Shown piece by piece: positions 50,840 to 64,000 of a DNA stretch of 64,000 nucleotides. Both the position numbers and the translations under genes were made by a program. Numbering within the stretch: position 1 is the first letter of the stretch; each line of letters begins with the position of its first letter. The stretch comes from Haplodiscus bocki. Lineage: Eukaryota. The notes below the pieces were generated by a model. That model ran no database searches, was not told where the DNA came from, and saw nothing but the letters and a program-made list of their open reading frames with translations. The stretch covers positions 155,992,001 to 156,056,000 of the forward strand of contig OZ296648.1 in the NCBI GenBank assembly GCA_965655095.1. Direction: 5' to 3'.

Positions 50840-52194
50840 ATTCTTCGAAGGGAAAAAATCTTGTCAGCGGTGAAGACTGAATTTATTTTTATCTTTATTT
50901 TCAGTAACGATCTGCTCTTAGTATGAGGGAAAAGTTTTGATGAATACAAACCGTCAAATGGTTTTTAAAGGAAAATGGTACAATACCGAGGGGCTACAAT
51001 TTATATAATAATAATTGTACTTTTAGTTCTCCTATTTATACCTTTCCTTGGCGGGAAACATAATTGTTTACACGCCAGATCAAGGTACAAATAGGGAAAA
51101 GTACTTTAATCATATTATTAATCAAAGAGAAAGGATGCCGACTCTGGCGGGAAATAAACACCCTTCCGTCCATTTCTTCCCTCACGGACCGCGTCTTTTC
51201 CATCTTTCGACAGAAAAAAGCACGGTCTGATCCATCGGAAATGGACATCAAAGTGGTTATTCCCGCGCCGACATAATAAATAATAACATAAACAAAAGAT
51301 CAAAGTTATTTCCATACAGGGAATAAATACATTAATACAGTCGGAAAAAAATTTAAAGTATGGAAATATGAGGTGTATAATATAAAAAAATTCATGATTA
51401 CATGCTGCATCAATTAAAACCACTGTTTGGAACAAACTAGGCGTATTTCCTAGCTCGTTCCACGTTTCTACCAGCTCAGGCCTCATTTTGGCCGGAACGT
51501 TCCGTGGCGGCTACATAGCCGCTTGTAGCACTGCCTTCCGCAGTGCTACTGAGGAGAATGATTCTGGTGGCTACGTAGACGTTCCGTGTCCGTCCAAAGT
51601 GAAACAGCGTAGTAGCACAGCGGATTGGCTGAAATTCTAGTGACGTCACCAGATTAGTTACGACGGAACACATACGGAACAAACATTCACTTTTAAAGTC
51701 AAGCTCTGTTCTACTAGTCAAGCTATTGAAAATTTGTTAAAGCTGTCAATCTAAATTACAGCACAGATTAGAAAGTGGATTTATGTAATATTCATTTAGA
51801 TTAATCATATAAAATAGCACCTGATATTAATATAAAAATACATTGAATACTCGTTTGCTCCGTATCTATTCCGTCCCAAATAAGGATCAGTTCACCAGAA
51901 TTATACGTATCGGATACGTGCTTTCTACATGAAATAAATATTATGGGACGATACGTAACTACTACGTATCGTCCACATAAATTACATGTGTGCGTACTCG
52001 GTGGATACGTATCTACTACGTATCCTTAATTATAATTAAATGAGTTCATGAATTAAATAAATAGGGTTTCAAGTTTAAGAGTTTGTATATAAGTTTGAAG
52101 TAACGCTGCTGTCTCTAACTTTTGCTAGATGGACCTGGGGTGTCCTTTGTTGAGGGGATCGTCTGACCGCAGGCTTCGCAGATGTGCTGCGACA
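50419..52194 (-). mobile_element. Solo LTR (1776 bp) of a Ty3/Gypsy-like element with 5-bp TSD AATAC
   Basis: AATAC at 50414-50418 and 52195-52199; element reads TGTCGCAGCAC...CCCTCACA on the minus strand (TG...CA). Confidence 0.88.
51048..51649 (-). promoter_or_regulatory. Putative LTR promoter: CRE palindrome, CCAAT box, E2F-type sites
   Basis: GTGACGTCAC 51640-51649; ATTGG (CCAAT on minus) ~51624-51628; GCGGGAAA at 51051 and 51147; TTCCCGCG at 51260. Confidence 0.45.
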
Positions 52195-52453
52195 AATACA
52201 TAAACCATACTTGTGTTAGTCAGGGAAAAAGCAGTTTTAGCCAAGGCAAATCTCCGCTCCGTAACCATTTTAGTTGAAGCATTGATGGAAAAGACACTGA
52301 AAAAGACTATAGAAGAACCGCTCTAGAAATAGGAAAAACGGATAAAAGCCCAAAAAACAACACAACATTTATTAAAAAGTGACCAAAATAAACTAAAAGT
52401 GAAGAAAAAGGAACAAGAGTGTGACGTACTGAGAAAAGGAAAAAGAAACAGAA

Positions 52454-52557
52454 AGAGAGAGAGAGAGAGAAAGAAAAAAAGAGCGAGAGAGAGAGAGAGA
52501 AAGGGGGAGAGAGAGAGAAAAAGAGAGAGAAATAGATGGAGAGAGAGGAAGAGAGAA
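52454..52557. repeat. (GA)n / purine-rich microsatellite
   Basis: Direct read. Confidence 0.9.
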
Positions 52558-54349
52558 AATTTTGTGGCAGTGCGCTAGATAAAGCGATGAAAGTCATTTC
52601 AAAGTTTTACAAGATGTACAAGGTATTAATTTGTTCAATTTTCATGTTTGTGATCTCACAAAATGATAAAATAACTTACTGCTTAACCCAATCTTCAGAC
52701 TAGTTCTTCAACCAGTTCAAAACCACAGGGTTCTTTGATTACCGGCAAGTTTTCCGAATTCCAACATCTGGTACTTTTTTGGAACTTGCTGGGCATCCAA
52801 AGGAGTAATCCAGAATCATCGAAGCCGGAGGCAACGTTCCGGCTCCCCTTTGTTTTTGGTAAAGTCAAAGATAGAAAATCAAGAGAATTCAACACACAAA
52901 ACTGCTCAAAACTTCGATCTTTTACCGCCCTTCTTTGTTTTTGTTAAGGGTTTACTATCAAGGAAAATTTCTCGGAAAAATCATTTTCCATCCTCTGAGT
53001 AGAATCTCATCATGCACCAAGTCTGTGAATAGTCACTTTAATTTGTAGCATTTGATTTTCAGAAAAGTTAGGCTAGGCTTACGAGATAAGACAAGTCATC
53101 AATACAAAGAAATCACTTTCCTCCTCCTTTGGAATCAATCACGGAATATGTGACTTGAATTTGGAAGTGATTTGGGAAAAACGGGAGTTTTGTGATTCTC
53201 TACCAGATCATTCGTTAACATATTTTGTTAGGGAATGGTTTCCGCTACAAATAAAAATTTCGCGATGGAGGAGAAAACCTGAGTTGATATTCCGTCATTC
53301 CTAGATTCTAGTGTGAATGACTATTTTATGTCCATATGTTGCGCGATGTCTACATTCGTGATAATCAAGATTTATCAGGACTCAATCCCAACGCAAAGTA
53401 AAATCCGCGAAGGAACATCTTTTTCCAAACAACGATGATTTTGCAGCAGCTCTTATCACAATTTCATCGTACCACTCATTTTTCGGTGGACTTTCTAACA
53501 TTTTCCTGTATCTTATTGTGTACTTAAGTGTTGTGTTTGTGTTGGGAGAAAAATTCCGAGAAAGTAGTTGCAATAGGTTTGTTACCTCACCATGGTGTGT
53601 TGGTTTGAAATCAGCAACTTTTATTTGGAAAACAACTGCACTGTATGCAAGGATTGTAAGCAGCTGAATGACAATTGCTTTTATCAATTAGCGTTATAGC
53701 GAAACTTTTTGAGAAAAAGCAAAGAGTTTTTTGATTTTTTCCCGACTAAGTCGTTCCTTCAAACAATGATTTTCCTTATTTGTCACCCCAAAATGATAGA
53801 ATTGGACGAAAAAGTTCCATATTTACCTCGAAAGATTTGAAAAAGGAACTTTTCCGACCTTTACTTTAGCCAAAAAACAGGCATGATAAGGTGACGAAGC
53901 GGGAGATTATTTGCGTTGCGGATTATTGAAGTGAACTGTCAAATTTTCCAGACACAATAAAAATCTCTCTTTTGGAGACGCTGAGTTGTTGGGGAAAAAC
54001 TTGGTTTAAAAAGGACATTTGTTCTCTCACACAATCGAAGAAGATTGGAGGGGGAATTTAGCGTTTCCAAAAACGTCTCAAAATCATCTTCGAAACCTTA
54101 TATGAATTTAGAACGTTATGCTGTGAAAAACCCTATGCTGAGCTCCAAAATCTCAACCCCTCAACCTACGTTCTTGGATCAGATCTTTTTCATCCTTGGA
54201 ATGCGTTCAGGTGCATGAAAACCTGAACTGGTCATTGAATAGTCTGCATAAAGTTGTTTCATAATCTTTCACCGGAAGCGAAAATTTTAACTGCATACAC
54301 TGAGTTAGTTACTTTCAATAATGATTCCTAAATGTCCACTGATCAGTGC

Positions 54350-55903
54350 TGTTGCAGCAGTTTTGCAATGCCTGTGGACAACCCACAGCCGCAGAAAGGT
54401 CATTCCAAGACTCGCATAAAATAGGAACTTCACATTTTTATTTTGAAGCACTTTTTTATTTTTATAGGCTTTGTACATATAAAACGATCCGTAAACATAC
54501 GGATCACACCAGCGAATTGATCCAAGTGAGGAGGGAACCATTGCGTACCAAATAGATGTTCATCTAAAACTTCATTATAAAGTGCTACACTTATAGCAAA
54601 AATCTTAATTTAATTAAAAGAAATCCACCTTCTTAGTTGTGCTAAGTGCTGTAGAAATACCTCAAATTGACGTTGTCATTAAAAAAATACAGTGCTACTG
54701 CAGCTGAGAATTACAGATTCCACGAGAGAAGGTTTGTACCGTACGTGTTCTATCACTAATATTATGGTTACGGCACAGTGAATTCACTCCAACACTCGAT
54801 AGCTACCAGGCTGTGCTGAGAAATCCACTCGGGGATCAGTTCCGTATTGACTCTGTTTCGGCTCAGAGCAGCACAACTCTCAACAACGCTACAAGAAACA
54901 AGAAAGTACGGAACCGTTCCGGAAGGATTGGCTAAAATGAGGAACAGACTCAAAACGTTCATAGTTTATATCTAGTTTCTTTCCAATTTCAACGTAACTT
55001 TTCCAGGTAGGCAGAACATGTTTCCTTTTGTTTGAACATGAAATATCCGTATTCATATGTTGCTGCTGTTTTGATTTCACCTGAGGAATTATTTTGTCTT
55101 TCATTGCTGTATCTTCCAATTATGGAGAACTTTCATTGTAAAACTTTGAATAAAATGTTCTTAAGTCAATAAAAAAAACCACTTTGATGTCCATGGATGG
55201 CGAGGTCTTCGTTTACCACCAGGGTTCGTATTCTTGCTATGTAGAAGATGAGATTAACGTACTTTTCCCTACTTTGTACCTTGACTGGGCTTGTGAACAA
55301 TTAGGCTCTCCGCCAGGAAAAATTAGAAAAAGGAGAAACGAAAATACCAAAAGTTTTAACAATAACTATACCGATTGTAACCAGTCGTTTTATTATCGAC
55401 AAGATTATGCAGTTTTGGTTTCGCCCATATAGGAAATGAAACTATAAAAATATATCAGTCCTAAACACTGGTTCACTACTTTCTCTCCAAAACCTCCTGG
55501 CAACACTCAGGGACAGTTGAAAGTTGACAGTAGTTGCTAGACAAAGTCAAGAAGAACACCATAGGAACAGCCAGTTACGAAAAACAGCTGCTCCTAGAGG
55601 TAACGAGGAGTATATCACTCAGGTGTCGGCGGAGACGGAAGGCAGGGTGACAAAAAGAAGTCCCAGGAGTTAAATAGTACACGGAGGCTAATTGTGAGTG
55701 TTCTGTTCAAATCAGACACAACTCTTCTGAATCCACAAGTCCGGGCACAATCCTGAGCCGCTCTGGAAACGACCAGAATTCTAACATAGAAAAGCAGGAA
55801 CCAGACGAAGACTGTTCCCGTAATGAGCCTCTTCCTCAGGTAGGTACTTCCATTTAGCGGCCGCCCCAATCAATGAGTTCAGACCCAGTTGAAGCAACTT
55901 ACA
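54350..55903 (+). mobile_element. Older solo LTR (1554 bp) of a related family with 5-bp TSD AGTGC
   Basis: AGTGC at 54345-54349 and 55904-55908; starts TGTTGCAGCAG (compare TGTCGCAGCAC) and ends ACTTACA. Confidence 0.82.
55497..55903 (+). pseudogene. Decayed copy of the MATLRNKRK Gag-like N-terminus inside the second LTR
   Basis: LATLRDS*KLTVVARQSQEE...EEYITQVSAETEGRVTK..SQELNST...LLNPQVRAQS...SDPVEATY aligns to the 50369-50839 protein. Confidence 0.85.
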
Positions 55904-58900
55904 AGTGCGTACGTCAATATTTAGGATTCTTAACTTTTGGACTAAAAGGTCGACTCTTTCGCACCGTTTTCGAAATTACCCAAGATCTCGATAGTGTGAA
56001 ATAAGATAAGTGTTATGGAAGGCTGTCAGTTTAGGTAGTGCAGCAAAGGTACCCAAAAAATCCGAATGTTTGGATTTTGAAAAGAAGCTTTCTTAAAATT
56101 AAATTGAACCTTTGTGATTAATTGAAGAAATTTGAGACTAATTGTTCATAAAATCCAAAAGGAGTGAAGTGAAAGCAAAAAATTGAGTTGTTCTAGAAAA
56201 AGTCACGCTGTTACAGCACCAGCATTGTCCTTAACACAATCAACGGCTACATTGAAGCTTGACTGGACCTAAAGTTTTTTGATGTTCAATTATTCATTCC
56301 ATAAAAAACAATGGGCAACTTATCGACTGAGGAACGTTGTTTCTGATTTGAAATATTCAAAGCATAACAAAAAAAATACGCTTACAGTTTCGTGGAGCTG
56401 TGATCGAACGAAACGGAAAAGCGCGAATCCTGTATTTTTGCATTACAAGTCAGGTTTTCAGTTGAAAATCCTGCTTTCACGGAAGAAAATACATAAAAAC
56501 TGTCAAAAGTACTGTTTTTAGTGCTTAAAATTAAACGATTATAACAACTTCTACGGTTTTGTGGAAGTTTTTTTCAGAAAACTCAAATTTTTGATTACTT
56601 AAGTCACGAATTCTTGTCTTGCTACCTTTTCTCACAGTGATACCTCTAGAATAACTAAACTTCAGTTGTTTTTATAGTTCGCTTTTTCCGAAAACCAAAA
56701 TTGAACTTTTCCTACCAATTTCTCGTGATAACCTTTTTGTATTAACCTCTACGAACCAAGAGACTTCGCACCGAAGCTTCATTTCTGACTATTTTTTTTC
56801 GTTCTTGAATGTTATTAAGCTTTGTGCAGTGCAATCATAGACAACCAACAGACAAATCACCGATTAGAATCGCAGGTGGTAGAAATCACTGTCATATAAA
56901 GTATTTCATCAAGTACAGAGCACAGACCAAAAAACCCCAATCACATGCGGTGCGTGCTCAATCCCAATATCGACTGCTTCTGGTACTCTTACCAACTTCA
57001 ATCGGCTCTATAGATAGTGTAGATAAAACAAGTACACGGAACTAAGAACTACACGCGAGTTGCTCTTCCAACAGCGCGGCCTAATCATTCGTCAAAAATT
57101 AGTTTTGTGATTTCGAGACATAGCGGGAAAACCGTTTTGCCGGCCGTTTAGCTTCAATTTCTTGTTGTTGACTTTTTACGATTTTCCAGCTTCGCAGGCC
57201 CGCAAGTTTTTGATGAACTTTAGGAGGAACTTGCTTTTTGGTTTTTTTACCAACTTGGAAAGAGTGCTGAGATGGTGGAACAAATTTTTCGAGATGTTTT
57301 TTGCACCCAAGTTATTAGACCCAGCATAAAACCTTCCGCTGAAGTCTACTAATTGAAGTGAATATATATGTGTCGGCTGCTCATTCTTATCGGAAATGAG
57401 ACTTACGCCGTCCTGGTTTCGTCAACCAAAATTGCAAGTTTCCCTCTTTCCGGAACGACAGCTTTTTCAGTTCATTTGACATAGCTCCACATGTCAGCCA
57501 CTCCAAACTCCACTTTTCCGACTCCAAAATCTTGGTGTTAATGGTTCCGATTTTGGCTAAACCTGTCTGCAGTGCTTGACTATAAAGAACTGAACCACTG
57601 CAATCTCGAAATACAAATGAAGGGCTCACTTGCAATAATCAAGATCTGACTAACTAAACGATAAAATGCATGGAAACCAACAAATTAGGCAGTTAAGTCG
57701 TGAACAAAAGGTGGAATAGTGGCAGCCAAGATCAGACTTAACATGTGACGGATAAAAAAAATATGTAAGTATGAGATATCTTCATGCCGTATACACCAAA
57801 CTCCGTAGATTAAATTCAAAAACTTCCTTGATATGTTAATTGTTAAGATTCAAAAGAGAGTTAAATGTGCCGCTATGGCAGCTATCAAAAAACCGCGAAG
57901 CACCAATTGTCTAGTTAAAGATTTAATGTGTGAAGATTGCTTCAATTAAATAGAAAGGTGAGTGAAAAGTTTAAAAAACATTACAAAGATTTATCGAAGA
58001 AAACTTGAATTTGGGCAGAAACATTTTTGTCTCCGATTGGGCTGAAACTTGCCGCGGGTAAGTAATAGGCAAATCTGGACTCCAAAAATCCAGGTCGATA
58101 GCAATACTTAGTTTTCAGATACACCTGCTTAAAAGTCGGGAAAATTCGCTGGTTCAGTTCGTTTCAGGATAATTAGATGTTATTATCTAATTTATTGGCA
58201 CTATCACTTGCCTGGTGTTCTTAGAGAAACCTTTGGAAATACATTAGTGTATCAAACGTTTTAACCAAAAGTTATAACTTTTCAAGTTTTATAGCTTTTC
58301 AAAGGCGTGACACCAGCATGCCAACAGGTTTTAAAGTTAACCTTCGCTTCATCTGCAAAGACCAGGAGCGTTATAGAAAGCACGAATGAGCCAGCTCACT
58401 CGAAATGGTGCGTTATGTAAAGGGATGCGTCTTGCATTTTTCAAACTTTATTCGTTGTACAGGAAAAGTATCTCCAAAATTCTGCTATTTTACTCAGAAG
58501 TAGTTTCGAAATTTGCGTTTTTTCTCTGAGTTGTACAAATATTCATTCACATTCATACCAAGGTGCAAAAAGGTTCAAGAATTAGAGTTAGTGAGTCTGC
58601 TTGCTAAATATTGTGAGCGTTTGGACTCATTTTTTTATTTGCCTAGCTTAACCTTCGTTTAGCTGGAGTTTCATGATTTACAATGCCCAACTTTTACAGT
58701 GGCTCCTTTTTTCTTCAGCCTCAATTTTAAAATACCCTTCCTCGCAAGGTTGTTTCCTGCTGATATTGTATCTCACGGGCCTTCTGTGCAGAACAAAATA
58801 GTTCCAAATCTACATGTCCGGTGTTCGAACAGGTGCGGTGTTCTTTTTCAAAAATCAAACAGCCTGCCAACTACTTACATATTATCGTGGCGAAGAAATT

Positions 58901-61900
58901 TTGGACCTTGTGTACATCATTTTTCCTTTCTGTGATAGCCCCCCCCCCCCCTCTATTGATCTGCTGAAAAGTGTTCCCAACTCTGGAGGCCTCCCCCGCT
59001 TAAACTATGTTGATCCTTACGGGCGACTCCAATTTCAGCCTTCTGGGCGCGATCAAATTTGGGAGCGGATGTATCGGCGACAAAGCAGTCAACGTTGGTG
59101 TCGCTGAGTTTCAAATGCCCATTTTGTGCACTTTTTTGTTTTTGCCCATTTTGGCCGCCGCCGGAAGTTTCAGTGAACGAAAAAAGTTTCATCTACAGTT
59201 CAATCAATTATTATTTGTCAATACCATTTTCTGCCTAATTTTTTGCTTGTTAGCTCTCTGCTTCAAGCCGCAGGTGTTTCAATCTACCGTTTTTTTTCAG
59301 TATCTCATAGGAGAAACTAATCTGTGTGCATATACAAACATTGGAGTGAGTTTTTGGCGAATCGTTTTCAAAAAAGTTCATTCTATGAAGTGCGGTTTCT
59401 AATATTACTCCACAGATAGCATCGTTTCGAGACATTTTTTGCTTGTCATTGAGGTGCTGCGAATGAGCCGTCGGTGTTGGAAAATGACTGCTCTAAGCCC
59501 ATGAGCTAAATTGCTTAGGTCCTATGGTTTGTCTTGGTGTAATTTCTGAGCTAAAAACTTGCGCCCACTTGCCTTAGAGAGCTACATTTTTATAAGCGAG
59601 TTTTCTCTTGTACGGTCTCCTGAAACGGTAGCAAGAAAGACTTTGATTAGACATTTATCATTTCCTTATATTAAACAACTTTCTGAAATGCCTCATACGT
59701 CATACTTAACCTCTTCGAAATATGCATCAATGTCCGTACATAAGACGCCCTAATTTTTACACTCGCTATGCAGAATTTCGCTCAATAAACAGGGCAGTTT
59801 TTAACGAAATTAGGCATAAATAATGCAAGTAATTCATTTATCCGTTAGCCGTACTCGGACATGGGTGAGTAAAAAACGAGTAAGAAGAGACTTGCTTTAG
59901 CTCTCAGACGAAAATGTCTGCTGTCGATTCTTGTTATCCCTCTGTTTAATCAGAAATAGGATTCTATCCCATAATTACATTATAAAGTGAGGTCGTGGTC
60001 TTGACGTCAAATTATTGAAATTATAAATCAAGTCAATGATACGAGAGGAAAGTTAGTACAAAATTCTATCAATTTTCAAAATTGTTTTCCCTATAATTTA
60101 CTTGAGTGGAGAATTCTCTAATTACGTCATTACCAGGCCTTGAAATTCGACCAATCAATCGATTGCCAGCCGAATAAAACGGCAAAATGGTATCGCAAAG
60201 AAAAGCAGGCGTTTTAATTTTGTTGGTCAATTATTTTTGATAACTTTGTTCAAAAAGCATTAAACAAACGTCAAAAGAGCCGAGAGTTGAAAAAAGATTA
60301 GTTGAAAGAAAGTGATATTTCTATCAGTATGCAGTTTAACCAGTTTATGATATCTTGGTCAATGGTTATAACTAAATTTATAATTGAATGGCAATGTATG
60401 TATCTTGCAAAAGACTAGCCGACTTCTTCTTTCGGAGTTGGTATAAAGACGTGAACAAACTTTGCGAAGAAGTAGCGAAGTTATAAATCACCATTTGTGT
60501 AATGAGTGAACAAACTAAAACGAAAAGATTTTTGAGGAGAGAAGGAGTGACGTGGCGGCTGCCAAACGTGTAGGAACCCTAACTCTAATTAGCTGCGGAT
60601 TACTTCTGTTAAACATTGGGATAAGTTACATTATAAATATTGACTCCTACCGCTGACTTATACACGTTACACCACCTCCATATACCTCAAACATTACTAT
60701 CATCATTGGCCTACTATTAGAGCATGACAACTCTACAATTGTAGACTTTATATTCTAATCAGTTTTTCGAATCAATCGCTGATTGTAAGAGTTCAGGACT
60801 ACTGCGGTGAAAGTATGTAACACTACAGCAGGGGAGCCCCGAATTGGATAATAGCCAGATACCAGCCCGTGCAGAATGGATATGATGTACCACACGCAAG
60901 GCCCGTCCACTGGGGAGTTTCTGTGCAAGGTGAATACGAAGTTGTTCAGGTGGTTGATCCAATCAATTCTGAGCACGGCCACTTTTGCGTTAGAAGTCGT
61001 CTTTTCCGTCTACATACACTCATCAGGTTCGTCCACTTTCGTTTTCGCCCCAAATTACTCGGACCCAAAATGCCCAAGGCCAAAAGACCCAAAGTCTTCA
61101 AATTAAAGCATGAAAAAGACTTAAGTTTGCATAGTCACTTGATTGATATTGTGCACCACTAATTGAATGCGCTGCCCAAAAATACATATTGAATCTACTT
61201 TCATAGGAAGTCTAATAAAAAATTTAAAAAACGATATGCATAAATTTATAAATATAAATACATTTTACGAAAATTCTACTTTGGAATTTGAAGTTTTCCA
61301 AAACTCAGAAATTTGCAATGAAATTTATGGTAAACGTGCAACGTTGGTGCATCTACTGAAAACAAGACAAATAAATGTGAACAAGGTGATCAATTTTGAA
61401 TTCAGCGCTGTTTATCGATCTGACGCAAAAAAAGTGGATATACCAAATGCAATAGGGTGACTACGAGTTTGTATGCAATGGAAAAACATAATTTACCGTG
61501 TTTTGAAAGAAATTGTTTAGCTATTACAACGGGAAAAGTATAAAACTCGGTTGGGTAAGATCATACATTGTAAGAACGGCGCTGGCAAATCTACAAGAAA
61601 AGGCAGGCCAATTTACTTGAGGCCCGCATGTACTTCGGCCCCACATGCGCTTTACCTGCTGTACATGTAATAGTAGTTTAATTCAACTCCTAAATCGCGG
61701 CAAGGACAACATGATATTTACAGGTAATTTCTCATGTGGTATAATTGCAAGTGAATTTGCACAAGAACCGATTGCTGCAGGTGAAATTTTCTGAAGACTT
61801 AGCAGTACTATTCCATGCCAACGAAGGAACTTGTTTTTGAAAATAGGTTTTCAAGAAAAACTTTCAATAAATCGTGACCATCCACATTCTGTGGACTCTG

Positions 61901-63239
61901 TTATGACAAACTTCAAAGTGTCACGTTCAAGACAACCGAGCAGGAAAGAGAAACTCGAACTAGTTTTCTATGAAAAAGCTAAGAGAAATAGGCGAGTTAA
62001 AAAACAAGAAAAATCCACTAGACCCAAAATCGAGAATTTTTTTTGTATTGACATTTTTAGGAAACTCACTTTTCTGAGGACTTCATCAGTCGATGTGCCC
62101 GAAATACCGTCAATCTCGAAGAAAGTTCATTTCTGAACTGGAAATGGAGAAAAAGGTGAATATGAAGAAAGAGTTTTCGGCTACAAGTATGGTTTTCTAA
62201 CATACTGGAATACATATTAGCTTTTTCCAAAACGCCACCGGGGCCAATTTCAGGTAAAATGCAGGTGAAAATTTGTGGATTACTTTCAGAAACTGAAGCA
62301 AATAGAAAACTGCTGAAAAATCTGATTGCAACCGCAAGTTAACTTACCGGCGGATTAACTGTCTGCGGCCGTCGTAGGTAATTTGGTCTCTGCCATTGTT
62401 ACAAAACAAATCAAAGGCACCGTGGAGGCAAATAGGCTCTCCCTGAGCTTAAAGAGTTGATTGTTTGACAAATATCAAGCTTCAAAATCTTCTTCAGAGC
62501 GGTAGACCACGCGTTTTTCTCGCATTTTCTACAATTCCCACAAAAAAGTGGATTTGGAGTAAAAAAAAGTTGAGACATACAAGTAAAATTGCGAACTTCA
62601 GCTGTTTTATGGCTGAAGTCAAAGCGCCAAAAGTACCCGTTTCGCTGAAACTTCCCCAAATAAGACAGATTTTCCGAAGCTGGAGACTTTACTCCGAAGT
62701 AATTCGGACTCATGGGCACAAATGAATGGGCGTGCTTAACAAAAAAAAGGCTTCCTCCGGAAGATAAAGAGCTAAGGTCTATGCAATTGACAAAAACGTG
62801 ATAACTCGAAATGAAAATTGTCAAGTTCAATTACTGATTGAAAATGATGTCATGCGGAAAAGCATTGTGGTCAACAGTACTGAAACGATAGATGATAATA
62901 TCACAATTGTAGTGCTAAGAAAGAAAAACAGATTACCAATGGTAATCAAAGGGGTGCAAGTACCAAACAATATCACACATTGCAATTACCGACTGGAAGT
63001 AAAGTTGAAAAAGAAAGTGTTTTTCGATCATGAAATTTAAAAAAAAATTGTTCGGATTCCAAACGACTGAATCTCCGCCCATCGCCTCAGAACTGTAAAT
63101 GAGTGAATGCCAGTTCTCAAAAAATTTATCCAACATTGCAACATAGTCATTCTCTTTGTTCAGAACAAATACTAATACTGAAAACACACAACTGGCAACC
63201 AAATATGGAAAACTTTCAAAAACTAATTTCAAGACAGAG

Positions 63240-64000
63240 GGAATTACTTTGTTGTATAATAATATCAGATCGGTTTCTGCAAACTTAGGAGAGTGTGAAG
63301 TTTGATGGGTGAAAAAAAGCCGTCGATCATAATTTTAACAGAAACTTGGTTTTAAATTACCAAATTGTCAATCTTCATTGCCTTGAAGGTTATCAAAAAC
63401 CGTTCACAAGCACTATTAGTGAACAACGAGGTGGTGGAGTGGCGATATATGCATCAGAGTGCCCGCAAGTTGAATTAGTACAGACAAACGAAGACTTTGA
63501 GCCTGTCTTGGTAAAAGTAGGAAATAAAAAAAGCAAAATCATTGTTTTCTGTTTCTACTGCCAACCTTCTCAAAACAAAAACAAACATCTAGATCACATT
63601 GAAAAAGTGTTTGACAGAAATGGAGATTTACCTCAATTGGTGGCCGGTGATTTTAGCATTGATCTATTGCCAGATGAACTGGTGTGAAGGAGGAAATTAG
63701 AAAACATGGTGACTAAACATTAGTTAAATCAAATCAAAATGTGAGAAGTAGTCTGGGAAATTTGACCTTCTAGCTCTTTTATAGATGCCATTTTTAGCAG
63801 CGTATCAGTGCCAAAAGTCTACAATTGAGAAAAAAACAACATTTCCCGATCATTACATCTTGCATTTGAATTTCAATCTTGACTGAGAAGCTGTTGAATG
63901 CAAAACTCGCCTCCGATGCTTAAAAAAACTTGAGAACAGAGAACACAGCGAACATTTTTATATTTATTCAGCCCACACTTTGGGAAAAATTGAAAAGACT
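63240..64000 (+). pseudogene. Non-LTR retrotransposon (CR1/L2-like) APE endonuclease relic, runs off the window
   Basis: IIILTETW, RGGGVAIY, FYCQPS, VAGDFSIDL, SFIDAIF, PDHY. Confidence 0.85.

Noticed and set aside
51403-52194. Alternative shorter LTR ending at TGATGCAGCA (51403)
   Set aside because: No PBS follows it, whereas the 50419 boundary has a perfect TSD and is mirrored by the second LTR.
60660-61106. GEFLCKV...FALEVVFSVY resembling GPCR TM3
   Set aside because: No DRY/ERY motif, several upstream stops and no further TM segments.

Overview
Repeat-dense, AT-rich eukaryotic (metazoan-type) DNA with no clearly intact host gene; most ORFs in the track are fragments of decayed mobile elements. 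From memory the repeat families resemble those of the acoel Symsagittifera roscoffensis, but I cannot verify this. Layout: (1) 1-9482 is the right part of a decayed Polinton/Maverick (adintovirus-like) element: major capsid protein, adenain-like protease, unknown ORFs, protein-primed PolB with a 205-nt intron-like insert, an RKSARKKP basic repeat and an ACTACT terminus. (2) 716-10017 is tandemly duplicated, apparently identically, at 10025-19326, with a 7-nt templated insertion at the junction. (3) 21098-~23120 is an RTE LINE relic that starts at the cleavage site of a twister ribozyme. (4) 25631-38098 is a ~3.5-kb-unit tandem array built from a Polinton-type integrase relic, a degenerate minisatellite and an unknown protein relic, which has an older paralog next to the array. 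(5) 39.6-50 kb holds CR1/L2, Ty3/Gypsy and Tc1/mariner relics. (6) Two independent TSD-flanked TG...CA solo LTRs (50419-52194 and 54350-55903) each carry the first ~135-140 codons of a Gag-like ORF inside the LTR. (7) A LINE endonuclease relic runs off the right edge. The best leads are the ORF-carrying solo LTRs, the twister-initiated RTE, the intron/introner-like insert in viral PolB and the H3-tail-like Polinton repeat.
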